The notes under the pieces were generated by a model. That model had not been told where the DNA came from. It saw only the letters and a program-made list of their open reading frames with translations, and did no database searches. From positions 1 through 64,000 of the forward strand of contig MCFE01000182.1 in the NCBI GenBank assembly GCA_002104905.1: a stretch of DNA of 64,000 nucleotides, in the 5' to 3' direction. Within the stretch, counting starts at the first letter, position 1; each line of letters opens with the position of its first letter. Shown in pieces: positions 1 to 11,022 of this stretch. The stretch is from Basidiobolus meristosporus CBS 931.73 (Eukaryota; Fungi; Basidiobolomycota). A program made the position numbers and the translations under genes.

Positions 1-517
1 TGAAAGCAATCCTTGAAACTATGCTCAACATATAATGCTGACTTGGATACCAGACAGTTGTGGAACTAAGAAGGTCGGCCGGGACTACACATAAACGAAT
101 ATAAAGGCCAAAGTGGAGTGTCCATTCAAGAAACACTTTACAACAAAATGCTTCACAAATATGTGATTTAGCTGTTTCTCCACATGCGCTTTACTACCGT
201 AGCAGTGACTCTAGGCCTTGCCATGAATCAAGTTGCCGTTGCTGCCCCAATCGGCTGTTCTCCATCAAAACCCTTTTTGTTGTACTAAAGGCACTTTTTG
301 GCTCTAGAGTAACCTCCACAAAGGAGCATACCGATATATCCGAAATTGGTATTCTCCCCTCCCCCAACCTAGGTAGGTACCCACACATAGCTATATATTA
401 CTATATTTTCCCCTATGACACAATAGGTGGAAAATTAATATCATACAAAATAGCATTCCAACTATTAAGCAATTTTATTAATGGGTTATTTAGATTATAA
501 ATACATTACTCTATGTG

Positions 518-1729
518 TTACTGACAATTGTTGTTACCGCTACCGTTACCGGCTCCATTACCATTTCTAGAGCCGTTCCCACCATTTCCCGAGTCATAAG
601 CACCAACACTGTTGCCACCGCTGCCATTGCTATCTCCATTACCTCCGTTGCCGTTACCGCCGTTTTCTTTTCCTCCATTTCCAGAGCCATAGGCACTGGC
701 TTCGTTGCCATCGTTTCCATTACCATCTCCATTGACTCCGTTGCCGTTACTGCCGTTTCCGCTTCCTCCATTTCCAGAGTCATAAATACCAGCTCCGTTC
801 CCTCCATTCCCGTTGCTACCGTTGCTACTGCCGCTATTTCCATCTCCGTTGTCTCCATTTCCCGAGTCATAGGCACCAGCTCCGTTACCGCCATTTCCAT
901 TGCCATCTCCATTGCCTCCATTGCCGTTACCGCCGTTACCATTACCACCGTTTCCGGAGTCACAAGCACCGGTTCCATTTCCGTCGTTGCCACTGCCATT
1001 GCCATCTCCATTGCCTCTATTACTGTTACCGCCGTTTCCGTTTCCACCATTTCCAGAATCATAAGCGCCGGCCCCATTGCCACCGTTACCATTGCCGCCA
1101 TTATCACCGTTTCCAGAGCCATAGGCATTACCTCCGTTGCCAGCGTTTCCATTACCTCCATTGCCATTGCCACCGTCTCCAGAGTCATAGGCATCAGCTC
1201 CGTTACCGCCATTTCCATTGCCTCCATTACCGTTACCGTTACCATTACCACCCTTTCCAGAGTCATAGGCGCCAGCTCCATTTCCTCCATTTCCATTGCC
1301 ACCGCTACCATCACCATTTCCTCCGTTACCGTTGCCATTACCACCATTTCCAGAGTCATAGGCACCAGGTCCGTTTTCTCCATTTCCATTACCACCATTA
1401 CCATCCCCATTGCCTCCGTTACCGTCACCATTACCACCGTTTCCGGAGTCATAAGCACCAGTTCCATTTCCGTCGTTGCCACTACCATTGCCTCCATTTC
1501 CGTTGCCATTACCGCCATTTCTAGGGCTATAGGCACCAGCTCCGTTTCCTCCATTGCCATTACCACCGTTTCCGTTGGAATCACCATTTCCACTATTACC
1601 TCCGCCAAATACATCCGTCACATCGTAAGCCCCACCGCTTCTGGCTTGCAATCTTCTATCGAAAGCTGCGGCGTTGATCGCTGCCAAACCAGAGAGGAGG
1701 CACAAGATTCTAGGTGCGGAGAATTTCAT
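518..1729 (-). CDS. Secreted Gly/Asn-rich repeat protein (13 AYDSG-type units), function unknown
   Basis: 403-aa ORF. Hydrophobic signal-like N-terminus (MKFSAPRILCLLSGLAAINAAA), then DRR, then 13 units starting AYD/AYG/AYS/ACD/IYD, each followed by GN-rich spacers. TATAAATA-like box about 65 bp upstream (1790-1797, minus strand). Confidence 0.85.
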   Translation of the reverse strand: MKFSAPRILCLLSGLAAINAAAFDRRLQARSGGAYDVTDVFGGGNSGNGDSNGNGGNGNGGNGAGAYSPRNGGNGNGNGGNGSGNDGNGTGAYDSGNGGNGDGNGGNGDGNGGNGNGENGPGAYDSGNGGNGNGNGGNGDGSGGNGNGGNGAGAYDSGKGGNGNGNGNGGNGNGGNGADAYDSGDGGNGNGGNGNAGNGGNAYGSGNGDNGGNGNGGNGAGAYDSGNGGNGNGGNSNRGNGDGNGSGNDGNGTGACDSGNGGNGNGGNGNGGNGDGNGNGGNGAGAYDSGNGDNGDGNSGSSNGSNGNGGNGAGIYDSGNGGSGNGSNGNGVNGDGNGNDGNEASAYGSGNGGKENGGNGNGGNGDSNGSGGNSVGAYDSGNGGNGSRNGNGAGNGSGNNNCQ

Positions 1730-2386
1730 TCTATTATAAAAAGAGATAAAGTGCTTAGTGGATGACTTGATTCCTCTCTCTGAAGCTTCTATTTATACCA
1801 GCTCACTGCTTTCCTCTTATGGACGAGTGAAATATGGGGTATTTTACATGCAAACGGATGCCCCCTCACGATCCTGCTATGTCTCATCCAGCCAAAGTAC
1901 AGTTCAATGTTCACTATCTGCATCAAACTGGATTTAACCTAAAATGACGGTTGGTCGACCGCCCCCTTCCTTGCAGATTGTGTAAGCGGAACCTTTTTCC
2001 CCGTATCCCCATTGCGTCCTTTAACTTATGTCTGGTTAGTGGCACATCATATCAAGAAAGGGATATATTTTACAGGAATATTACTGACTAGTCAGGAGGA
2101 TTAGAAGTAAGGAGCCAAATACCAGGCATACCACACTGGTAGTAGGTTGGTATCTATTCAATCAAGTTGCTGTTAGTATTGGAGGATTTAATGTCGGAAA
2201 AGAAATATCGGATTTTTATGCGCAATGCATTTATACTCTTTATGCATATACCATTCTTCTGGCGCTGAAGATGAAGGAATGTGGAGCATAGATTACTGCG
2301 TGCAATGGCATTGAATACCTTAAGTCTTACCATCAGATAGCTAACAACGTTGAAAGGTCGAGAAGTACAATTATCAAGATCAACTC

Positions 2387-2627
2387 GTAGTGCTTACCAA
2401 GCTCGTACGCATAGCGCTCGATGGTCTCGACGTGGTTGGACTTCTTGGCAATAGCATAGCAGGTCTTCTTGACAGTATCAGTTGGAATAACCATGCTATC
2501 TTCGAAGTCACTTTAAAGGAGTACCAGGCAAGTAAGCTTGACAATGCAACTGTACTGGGCAGTGTGGCGGATAGCTTTGGTGACTCTGACCTTAGGCTTG
2601 ACACTTGAACTCAACTGCTACAGACAT
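2387..2627 (-). pseudogene. uox: Uricase (urate oxidase) pseudogene, 5' fragment, copy 1
   Basis: Manual translation: ATG at 2627, then after a frameshift KVRVTKAIRHTAQYSCIVKLTCLVLL*SDFEDSMVIPTDTVKKTCYAIAKKSNHVETIERYAYELGKHY. This matches the uricase N-terminus (KVR..K; VxPTDTxKNT motif). The YGK and SYTxADN segments are deleted and there is an internal TAA. Confidence 0.8.
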
Positions 2628-2808
2628 ATTATAAGATTGTAGACTACTACTACTGTCTACGACCCAGTACTCCTTTATATATGGTTAGATGTATTTACTT
2701 CCACCCGGATTGGTAGGATAAGTGTGAACAAAGGCCGAGAATCGCTTGTGAATCCATTCCGACTATCACCAGTCCATACCGAGTATCAGCCAAGCTCACA
2801 TTCACAAA

Positions 2809-2964
2809 ATAGTCAGCACTTCCAGCGCTTACTTCAAGAAATAAGCCTATGGCAAGACCAAGGTTCGCATCACCAAGGTCATCCTCCACACCAAAAACTG
2901 CCACGATGTTGTTGAGTTCACTGCCCAGGTTCTCCTTGATGGCAAGTTCGAGACCTCCTATACC
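2809..2964 (+). pseudogene. uox: Uricase (urate oxidase) pseudogene, 5' fragment, copy 2
   Basis: Frame from 2809: (ATA)VSTSSAYFKK*AYGKTKVRITKVILHTKNCHDVVEFTAQVLLDGKFETSYT, the typical fungal uricase start (YxKxxAYGKxxVR...E...QxLLxGxFETSYT). The probable start ATG reads ATA, there is a TAA at 2842-2844, and homology ends near 2964. Confidence 0.85.
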
Positions 2965-3172
2965 GTGGCTCCTCCAGATCAACACCTGCTGAGTCCTTTC
3001 ATCTTGGGCTCAATTACTCTACCACTTACAACTATAGTATGCTTTTTGTGGTTCATATTTAGAGATTGGATTGTTTTCCTTGTAGAGAATCTCTATATCT
3101 GGTGTCTGGTCCTTAGTAATGCAAGCTACATTGCATTGCAACTATATTATCTCCATACTACTTCACTGTAAG

Positions 3173-3848
3173 TGTGGTAAGAGTATTAGAGATATTGAAA
3201 GTGATTGAGTAGACTAGTAGATTCATTTGTTGTAAGAGTCTTGGAGATATTGAAAGTGATTGGGAGAACCAGTAGATTATGTGGTTTTCACTTAATGATT
3301 TATCAAATGTAAAAGTAGTATTTATACTTTTACATGGTCTTGGCATAAGAAACACGTAGAATAGGTTTAGGAAGGTCCCAAGAACATGTGTGCAAAGCTT
3401 GGGGCTGTTTGGACAACTCTGAGTATTTTCATGTTCTGGGTAATATTCCAAGTAAATCCCAACAAAGAATTTGGTCAGTATTCTCTAAGATTTGTAGGTA
3501 ATGATAAAAGTGACTAAATTAGGTGAATATTTTGGTGGAATTCCAAATTTTTATAACATAATTGGCCTTCACCTAATGACTTGTTATTTGTAAAAGTAGC
3601 ATTTATACTTTCAAATGGTCTTGGAAACAGAACATATGGAATATGATTGTAGAGGTGTAAAGAAAGTGTGTGTAAAGCTTGGGGTAGTTTGGATACCTTA
3701 ATAATCTTTCATGTTTTGAGTACCTGATGGTATGGCAAAATATTCTAAGTCCCAATAAGGAATTTGTACAGAATTCTCTAAGACTGGTAGACTATGATCT
3801 AAGTGACAAGGTAAGGTGAATATTTAGGTGTATCTACAAAATATGCGG
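3173..3848 (-). mobile_element. Old solo LTR of Copia family A, interrupted by a younger copy
   Basis: 3173-3227 and 3559-3848 join into one degenerate reverse-complement copy of the LTR at 44065-44414. Confidence 0.75.
3228..3558 (-). mobile_element. Solo LTR of Copia family A nested in an older LTR
   Basis: TGTTGTAAGAG...TTATAACA is the reverse complement of the 44065-44414 LTR. Flanked by TCATT / TAATT (5-bp TSD, one mismatch). Confidence 0.85.
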
Positions 3849-5504
3849 TTGTAAGTGGGTTCACTTCTTCAAATTTGGGTCTAAATTTGAACACAAAAGA
3901 ACCATTGCTGGATACATCTTCCTTTACTCTAATTGAGCACTATCTTGTAACTCATGAAAGCCATGTACCATAGCATATTCTACAGTACATGGCTACCTGT
4001 GAGGTTTTTTTCTGGTAAGTCTTCTCGGCTGTTATAGGATTTGGACTGTTCTTGGTTGCCAGCTTTGATTGCTGAAGACTGTAGCTTTTGTCTTGCACTT
4101 CTCTGTCACTGACTAGGTCAGACTTTCTATCCTTCTTGATCTTTGCCACTGATAGAATCTTCACTACTACCCTGACTGAGTGCTTCTTCTATTGAACTAC
4201 ATTTATCCCTTGATTAATGCTTATTGTTCAGCATCTTGAGCACTGATTACAAATCATTTCTTCTTTTCAACTTACATACCAGCTGCTGTCAGCTCTACAC
4301 TCTGGTATGGAAGCTACAGCAACAGCACTAGCGTTTTCACTTCACTTATAAAAAAGATTTCACCTATTGGTAATTGTCTCCCCACGGACCCTGAGAATTA
4401 GTACACTCAGACAGAGTGCATAATTGTCAAAATAAACATTTCATTCAATGGTTTATGCAAACCACTTACTGTCACTATATATATGCACAGCTTTCTTTGG
4501 TAGAAAGTCAACTTGCAAATCACATGGCTAAATACCAGCTGCACTGCCGAAATCCAGCAAGTATACCAACAAAATTTCGAATAAGGGAAGTATAAGACTC
4601 AATGCGCACTCTTGTGTAATCATCATCTCATAATGTCAGCCTTAATGTGAATGCTGATAAATAGAATATTCCATCGTTTGGAACATAAAGTGCATGACCT
4701 CCTCAATTAACCACTAAGGGTGTGCAAATCTCGTGCAAACCGGATCTTTTAGAGCATTTTGTATAATATATTTACATGTTGTATTCAGAGGGTTCGTATA
4801 TTCGGGTATATATCAATCCTGAAAGACAAATTGTACCAGAGTTGGAGTGTAAGCAAAGGTATGTTTTTTGGTCGCATCAGCTATAGTTGGTTGCGCAGAG
4901 TCCTGAAGTACATTGTGGAGGCTGTAGACTTCGATATACTTCTGACAAGATTCGACTCACCAGCTACACTACCTATTAGAAAGGGTTGACGGTGTGCAGT
5001 AGTCAAGATTTATACATCAAGGTTTATACGCTACCTTACTCTAGGTAACTTCAAAGCCCTGGTAGTGGCTATTCCAGAAAAAAATGATAGGTAACGGTAT
5101 CAAGGGCTTGGATTGGTTCAACCAAGGTAATGCTATCAATACCTACAAACTCTGGCCATTTTATGCCACTTTTTGAACATTCATCACGTAGGGTTAGGGT
5201 TGGATTGGGTGATTAAAGTCTGAAGAAATTTGGTGCATGAGCAAATCCAGTAATTTTGTTCGATCGTTTATGTTTGTATTTCATTTCTGGTCAGGGTTGT
5301 GGTGAGCGAAAAAAAACCTATTCACACGACAATATTATCCAGATCAAGGTGCAAGCGTGACTTGTGGCAAGGAAAGGCTTATAGTCAAACCGGATATATG
5401 CCGTGAATTTCATACAACTTGGTGAATTGTGGAGAAACAAGGTTTTCCAGCTATAAAATGGCTCGGCTAAGGACTCAGTTTCCACAGCTTAGTATCACTC
5501 GAGG

Positions 5505-7244
5505 ATGAAGAAAGAAGAGAATTTCGTATCTGGAATAGACGACAAGGACTATATCTCTACAGAGCCAGCTGCGCACTCAGATTCGCATGATAGCAACTTG
5601 AAATGGTACATGCAAAACCTTTGCACTAGGCAAGGCTGGATAGGCGAATATGATTTTGGCTTTCTATGTTTGCCCAATCTACCAGGATTCAAGAAACAAG
5701 AAGCAGCAAAATTCATCGGGATCAAGGACCGCTTGCCACTTGCAGTCGCACTAATCATGGGCTTCCAGCATTGCCTGGCCATGTTGGCAGGAGTAGTTAC
5801 GCCTCCGCTCATTCTCTCGGGGCCCGGACCTCAACACATGAACCTTGACACCGAGTATCGCTCCTATCTCATCTCCGCCTCCCTGATTACCTGCGGCCTA
5901 TTGTCCATGATCCAAATGACCCGGTGGAGAATCCCAGGGACTCGTTACTACATGGGGACTGGGCTTATCACCGTGGTTGGTACCTCGTTCACCATCATGC
6001 CCGTGGCCGAATCATCCTTTGCGTACATGTATCAGTCTGGCTTCTGTCCATCGGTGAAAGATGACGCCGGCTTGATTACTCAGTACCTTCCTTGTCCTCA
6101 GGCTTATGGCGCGCTGCTAGGCACCACGATGACTTGTTCGGTGCTGATGATCCTCATCTCCTTCGTGCCTGCCAAAGTGCTCCATAAACTATTTCCTCCA
6201 CTAGTCACTGGAATCACTGTGACTCTGATTGGTGCGCATTTGGTGGGCTCGGGGTTGAAGAACTGGGGCGGCGGCAGTGGGCCTTGCATTAGTCATCCAA
6301 CCAGCGGAACCTTCATGCGCTGTCCCAACGTGGATGCTCCCAACGCACTGCCCTGGGGCCACATCAAATACATGGGCCTCGGTTTCCTGGTGTTCATCTG
6401 CATCATTCTCTTCGATATCTTTGGCTCCCATTTCATGCGCTCCGCCGAGGTTGTTCTCGGATTGATCGTGGGGCTCATCGTCGCTTGGTCTACTGGCTAT
6501 GTAAACAACCAGGTGATAAACGACGCACCAGTCGTGACTTTCCTCTGGGTCAAGACATTCCCATTGGATATCTACACCCCGGCGATCATACCAATGTTGG
6601 TGATTTACATGCTGATTGCTGTCGAGTCCATCGGCACCATCACTGCATGCTGTGATGTCTCTGGTGTGGAGGTGTCAGGGCCAGTATTTGAGACGCGTAT
6701 TCAGGGTGGAGTGTTGGCTGACGGAATCAACAGCTTCCTCGCAGGTGCCTTTACCAACCCACCCATGTCAACCTTTGCCCAGAACAATGGTATTGTGGCG
6801 TTGACTCGATGTGCCAACCTTACCACTGGCTACGCATGCTGCTTCTTCCTTGTTTTCCTGGGGGTTTTCTCGAAGCTGGCCTCGGTTTTCCTCGCCATCC
6901 CCGAATCAGTCCTTGGTGGGATGACCACCTTCCTGTTTGCCAACGTGCTAGTCTCCGGCATTCGAATTCTCTCCTATCTCAAATGGACCCGTCGTGACCG
7001 CTTCATCGCCGCCGCCTCCATGACCCTTGGAATGGGTACCACCATCAAGGACGATTGGTTCTCCTACGCGCTCAGCTCTTACAAGGGGTCCAACACCACA
7101 GTCAACGGATTGATCATCTCCGCAGAGATGATTGTGAACTCGGGGTTTACCATTGCCGCGCTCATCGCCATTATCCTGAATCTTGTGATGCCTAGGGAAC
7201 CGGAAGATCTTGAAAATGAGGAAAACGATGGCCATCCAGTATAA
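5505..7244 (+). CDS. uapA: NCS2/NAT family uric acid-xanthine permease (UapA/UapC-like)
   Basis: Intronless 579-aa polytopic membrane ORF with GFQHCLAM in TM1 and the NAT signature STFAQNNGIVALTR (Q-N-x-G-x4-T-R). Confidence 0.93.
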   Translation: MKKEENFVSGIDDKDYISTEPAAHSDSHDSNLKWYMQNLCTRQGWIGEYDFGFLCLPNLPGFKKQEAAKFIGIKDRLPLAVALIMGFQHCLAMLAGVVTPPLILSGPGPQHMNLDTEYRSYLISASLITCGLLSMIQMTRWRIPGTRYYMGTGLITVVGTSFTIMPVAESSFAYMYQSGFCPSVKDDAGLITQYLPCPQAYGALLGTTMTCSVLMILISFVPAKVLHKLFPPLVTGITVTLIGAHLVGSGLKNWGGGSGPCISHPTSGTFMRCPNVDAPNALPWGHIKYMGLGFLVFICIILFDIFGSHFMRSAEVVLGLIVGLIVAWSTGYVNNQVINDAPVVTFLWVKTFPLDIYTPAIIPMLVIYMLIAVESIGTITACCDVSGVEVSGPVFETRIQGGVLADGINSFLAGAFTNPPMSTFAQNNGIVALTRCANLTTGYACCFFLVFLGVFSKLASVFLAIPESVLGGMTTFLFANVLVSGIRILSYLKWTRRDRFIAAASMTLGMGTTIKDDWFSYALSSYKGSNTTVNGLIISAEMIVNSGFTIAALIAIILNLVMPREPEDLENEENDGHPV

Positions 7245-7925
7245 GCCAGGGATTCTCCCATTCAAAGGAAACTAATCCAAATAAATCCAATCATTCAGTT
7301 AATCAGTGTTCATGTAAACGAGTGGGCTAGGCGAATATTGATCAATGCTCATATCAGCGGGTGAATGTATGATGGATGTGAGGATATGACGAGAATGCAT
7401 TCAGCAAGTAATTTAGCACTTTCGGCCCTTCTGTGTAACTGATCCTCTATCCTTGTGCAAACGTGTGGTTGACAGTAGCAACAACTTGACTATCTTGGCA
7501 TCTCTACTTATTAACCCGTCTGTTATATCTTAGCGATTGTTGCGTTCGAGGGCAAAATTGCAAACACCATCTCCTGAAACAAACGTTGATACGACCCCTG
7601 GTTTGGCTTACAGCCAAGTTCTTGGTTAATGGATTAGCAGGTAGAGGCTGAATGATCAAACTGCTGCTACCAATTGGTGGTTCAGCCTCAAGCTTATGTC
7701 AAGTTGTTTAGAGTAGACCTTGATATTGTTATTTTCTTGGCAACGGTCGGCCCAATCAAACTCAACCCATGCAATCCTGAACCAGCCGGTTTCCCATAAC
7801 AATGTATCCCTCCCCATCTCTGAGAGCGAGCCATTTATAGAATCCACAACCTTACTTGGCACTTTATGAATCAATAAGCTATAAAAGCGTTCACAGTCAC
7901 TCAATTGATATTGCACTTCCAGCAA

Positions 7926-10642
7926 ATGCTGACTCCAAGACCTCGAGCAACTTCGTTCACGGCCCAGCTGGGGTTAACACTTAAGCTTAACCTAACGCTT
8001 GTATCACGCAATATCTTGAGTGAAATCGCAGGTACCGTGAGCCTCAAGCATTCTTGAAATCGATGTCTCCAAACTAACCTCTACCAAGCTGTTGTCATAC
8101 CCACCATATGTGTGATCTTCGCAGTATTGATAGTAAGTCCTACTTATCCCCAACAGCCACTCGACTGCCCAGACTAACGTTGAGTAGCCGGATTTTCTTC
8201 AACTCCAGAATGGAAATGTGCCTGTTGGGTCGGTCAGTAGGTGAGTGATACCACTCAGGACACAAGAAGATAATGCTAATCTGACTGAACAAGTTGGTCC
8301 ATGAACATCTCCTCCACAGTAAATCCCGGATTCGTAGTGGATCAGGGGGTCTCAAAAGAGATATGGGACCAGCGCCTGCTTCCCAGCTTCACCCTCCAAA
8401 ACCCCGCATTAACCTTCAGCAACTATAGCTCCATCGCCGATATCATTAAACTTCGAGATTCTGCCGACAAGAAATTCAATAGAGACGCCACCAATAAAAT
8501 CTCGGAGTTTGGACTAGAACTCAACCAGGTGAGCAACAACTCCGACCAACTGGATTTCGGCTACACAGCGTTTTACAGAGGCAACCGTGCCGCATCTCTC
8601 CCCTGGCTCATCTCGAGCGTAGAAGCAGCAATCCAAACAACTTATGGTAGAAGCGTGTCCACGAATAATGTCAGCTTCAAGACGTTGCCGTCTACTGGCT
8701 TGGAAGATGCAGCGATTGTGATGGATATCATTCCAGTCTTTGTTGCTTACGGTAAGTGAGCAGTAAGAGCGATGGATGAATGGTGGTAACTGAGTGAGCA
8801 TTCTAGCATTGTCATTTACGCTGCTCTTCTACGTGACCAATATGGTGCGCGAACGCGAACACGGCCAAAAGCAGCTCTTGGCCATGGCAGGATTAGAATC
8901 CAGGGCGTACTATCTGGCTGCGTTCATCAGGGACTATCTTATTTACCTTCTGCCGACCTCGGTATTTTTGATCATGATGAAGGCCAGATCCACCCCGATG
9001 TTCGTGGAATCGAGCCCCGTCGGCTACGTGCTACTTTTATTTCTGGCCGGGCCACCTTCCATACTCCTGGGCTATTTGCTGTCTTTCGCGTTCTCAAAGA
9101 GCCAGTCAGTGGCCCTGGCGATTGGGTTTATCCTACTGATGATCATTTTCGTACCCTTCGTGATTATCCACTACGTGTTTAGCGACCGCATCGATCTCTC
9201 CACCATCGGTGCCCTGAGTTTTTTCCTGCCCACCTTTGCTCTTCAACGCGGCCTTACGGTAGGTCTATTGATTTGAAGAGGAGCTTGTGCGCCTGTTAAT
9301 CCGTCGATTTTAGGAATTGGCGCTCGGATGGTCGAAGGGGTTTCCCTACTCTGCGTCCATGGTGTTCAACATCCGTAACCCCATCCTTCCTACCTTACTG
9401 GCGTTAGTAGCCAGCACGGCGTTCTACGGAATTCTAGTGACCTGCTTGGAATATACCGTCAGCGCACGAGTATCTCCCCTGAAATCCACCCGCCGATTGT
9501 ACAACCGAAAGAGGCATGTGTCAACGGATGGGCCAGAGACGAAGGTGGATATCAAATCCGATTACTCCGATGAAGAGGTGATCAACGAGAAACGGAGAAT
9601 CCTCGAGAATCGAGAGGACACCGATGCAATGCGTATCCAAGGGCTAACCAAGGAGTTCCTAGTGCCGTACTCAAATCGACGCAGGCTGGTTATCGACGAC
9701 TTATGGCTTTCGTTAAGACGCAACGAATGCCTGGGATACCTGGGGCCGAATGGTGCAGGTAAAACCACCACCATCAAGATGCTAATAGGCGCGGTGTCCC
9801 CAACCTCTGGAAACGCCACCGTTGAGGGGCATCCAATCGTTCCATACTCCGCCGAGTTGAGGCAGCTTGTGGGAGTCTGCCAGCAGTTTGACATTTTATT
9901 CTCAGAACTGACTGGTAGGGAGCATCTTCGCCTATTCGCTAGGCTACGCGGGGCAGCAAACATCGAGGAGGCCGTTGAAACGACTATCAACGACATGCGC
10001 CTTCAAGAAGTAGCAGATCAAAAATCCAAAGGCTACAGCGGAGGAAATAAGCGGAGGCTTAGCATCGGCATGGCAGCGATTGGCCACCCGAAGGTCGTAT
10101 TCTTGGACGAGCCAACCACCGGAGTGGACGTCCACATCAGGCAGTCGATCTGGAACGCCATCAGGGAATTAAAGAAGAAAACCAGCGTCGTCCTGATCGT
10201 ATGTATGCTCCCCTGTCTTTCCTCGTTAACACCAACTGATCGCCTCGTATAGACACACAGCATGGAGGAGGCTGACGCACTCTGCGACCGAATAGGACTC
10301 ACCGTCAATGGCCAACTTGCCGCGCTGGGGACACCCCAACGACTGAAAAACGTCTACGGCCGAGGGTACAAGATCAATGTGCGCACCGCGACCACCGACA
10401 CTGTGGAGTCGGTGATCCAACAGATATTCCAGCGATTCACCATGAAGTACGAACAGATTAAGCTGATTCGGCGACTAGGCTGCAACCTGGAGTTCGAGGT
10501 CGAAGGCAGCACCGTGGGAAAGATCTTCCAGGTCCTTCAAGAGCTCAGATCCCCTCTGAACATCATAGATCATGCCGTAGCGCAGACTACGTTGGCCCAA
10601 GTGTTTGTCGAGTTCGCGAAGCAACAGAGGTTGGACCTTTGA
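7926..10642 (+). CDS. ABCA-family transporter, half-size (one TMD, one NBD), multi-exon
   Basis: Exons in ORFs 8301-8759, 8794-9276, 9317-10252 and 10262-10642. Walker A GPNGAGKTT, signature YSGGNKRRLS, Walker B VVFLDEPTTG, H-loop THSMEEADALCDRI, TMD motif VREREHGQKQLLAMAGL, C-terminal QTTLAQVF. Start inferred at ATG 7926 (FTAQLGLTLKLNLTLVSRN, ABCA-like); 5' exons approximate. Confidence 0.88.
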
Positions 10643-11022
10643 TTCTCGAATATATAAATGTAGTATATGCAAGCATCTCGATCTGGAATATGGTGTTTGG
10701 AAATGTCCATAATAAATCATTTGACGAATCCATTGAATCCATCGACCCTGGGAATCTGCGTCAACTTTAGGAGTACATATCCCACGGGGTTGGGCATGAA
10801 TACAAATGACGCGATTTGACGAGTGGATCAACAAACACCCCGCGAGGCCATATTGGGTGGGATCTGAGGTTAGGTTTATTAAGGGTTCGATTCCGTGAGG
10901 TTCGTTTCTAAAGTGAGTGATGAACATGACAAATGATACAAGGTTTACAACCAAAACTCCGGAATGCGAACATGGGTCACTATGTATAATTATAGGAGAA
11001 ATCGATGGAGTGGCGGAATCCA

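Noticed and set aside
194-388. 64-aa minus-strand ORF
   Set aside because: No recognisable motif or supporting signal.
518-1729. Ice-nucleation protein or Kex2-processed RiPP precursor
   Set aside because: No AGYGST/TxT 16-residue periodicity, and no KR/RR sites between repeats (only one RR near the N-terminus).
511-1765. Long overlapping ORFs 511-1614 (-) and 515-1765 (+)
   Set aside because: Shadow frames of the GGN/AAY repeat; only 518-1729 has a signal peptide and coherent composition.
3952-4330. Possible gag relic (YCRICYG)
   Set aside because: Zinc knuckle incomplete and context too decayed to call, although the low CpG content suggests a repeat origin.
5189-5201. TAGGGTTAGGGTT telomere-like motif
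   Set aside because: Only about two units; expected by chance.
7656-7925. 89-aa minus-strand ORF upstream of ABCA
   Set aside because: No ATG and no recognisable family; lies in the probable ABCA promoter.
10883-10894. GGGTTCGATTCC T-loop-like motif suggesting a tRNA
   Set aside because: The T-stem does not pair beyond two bases and there is no acceptor, D or anticodon arm.
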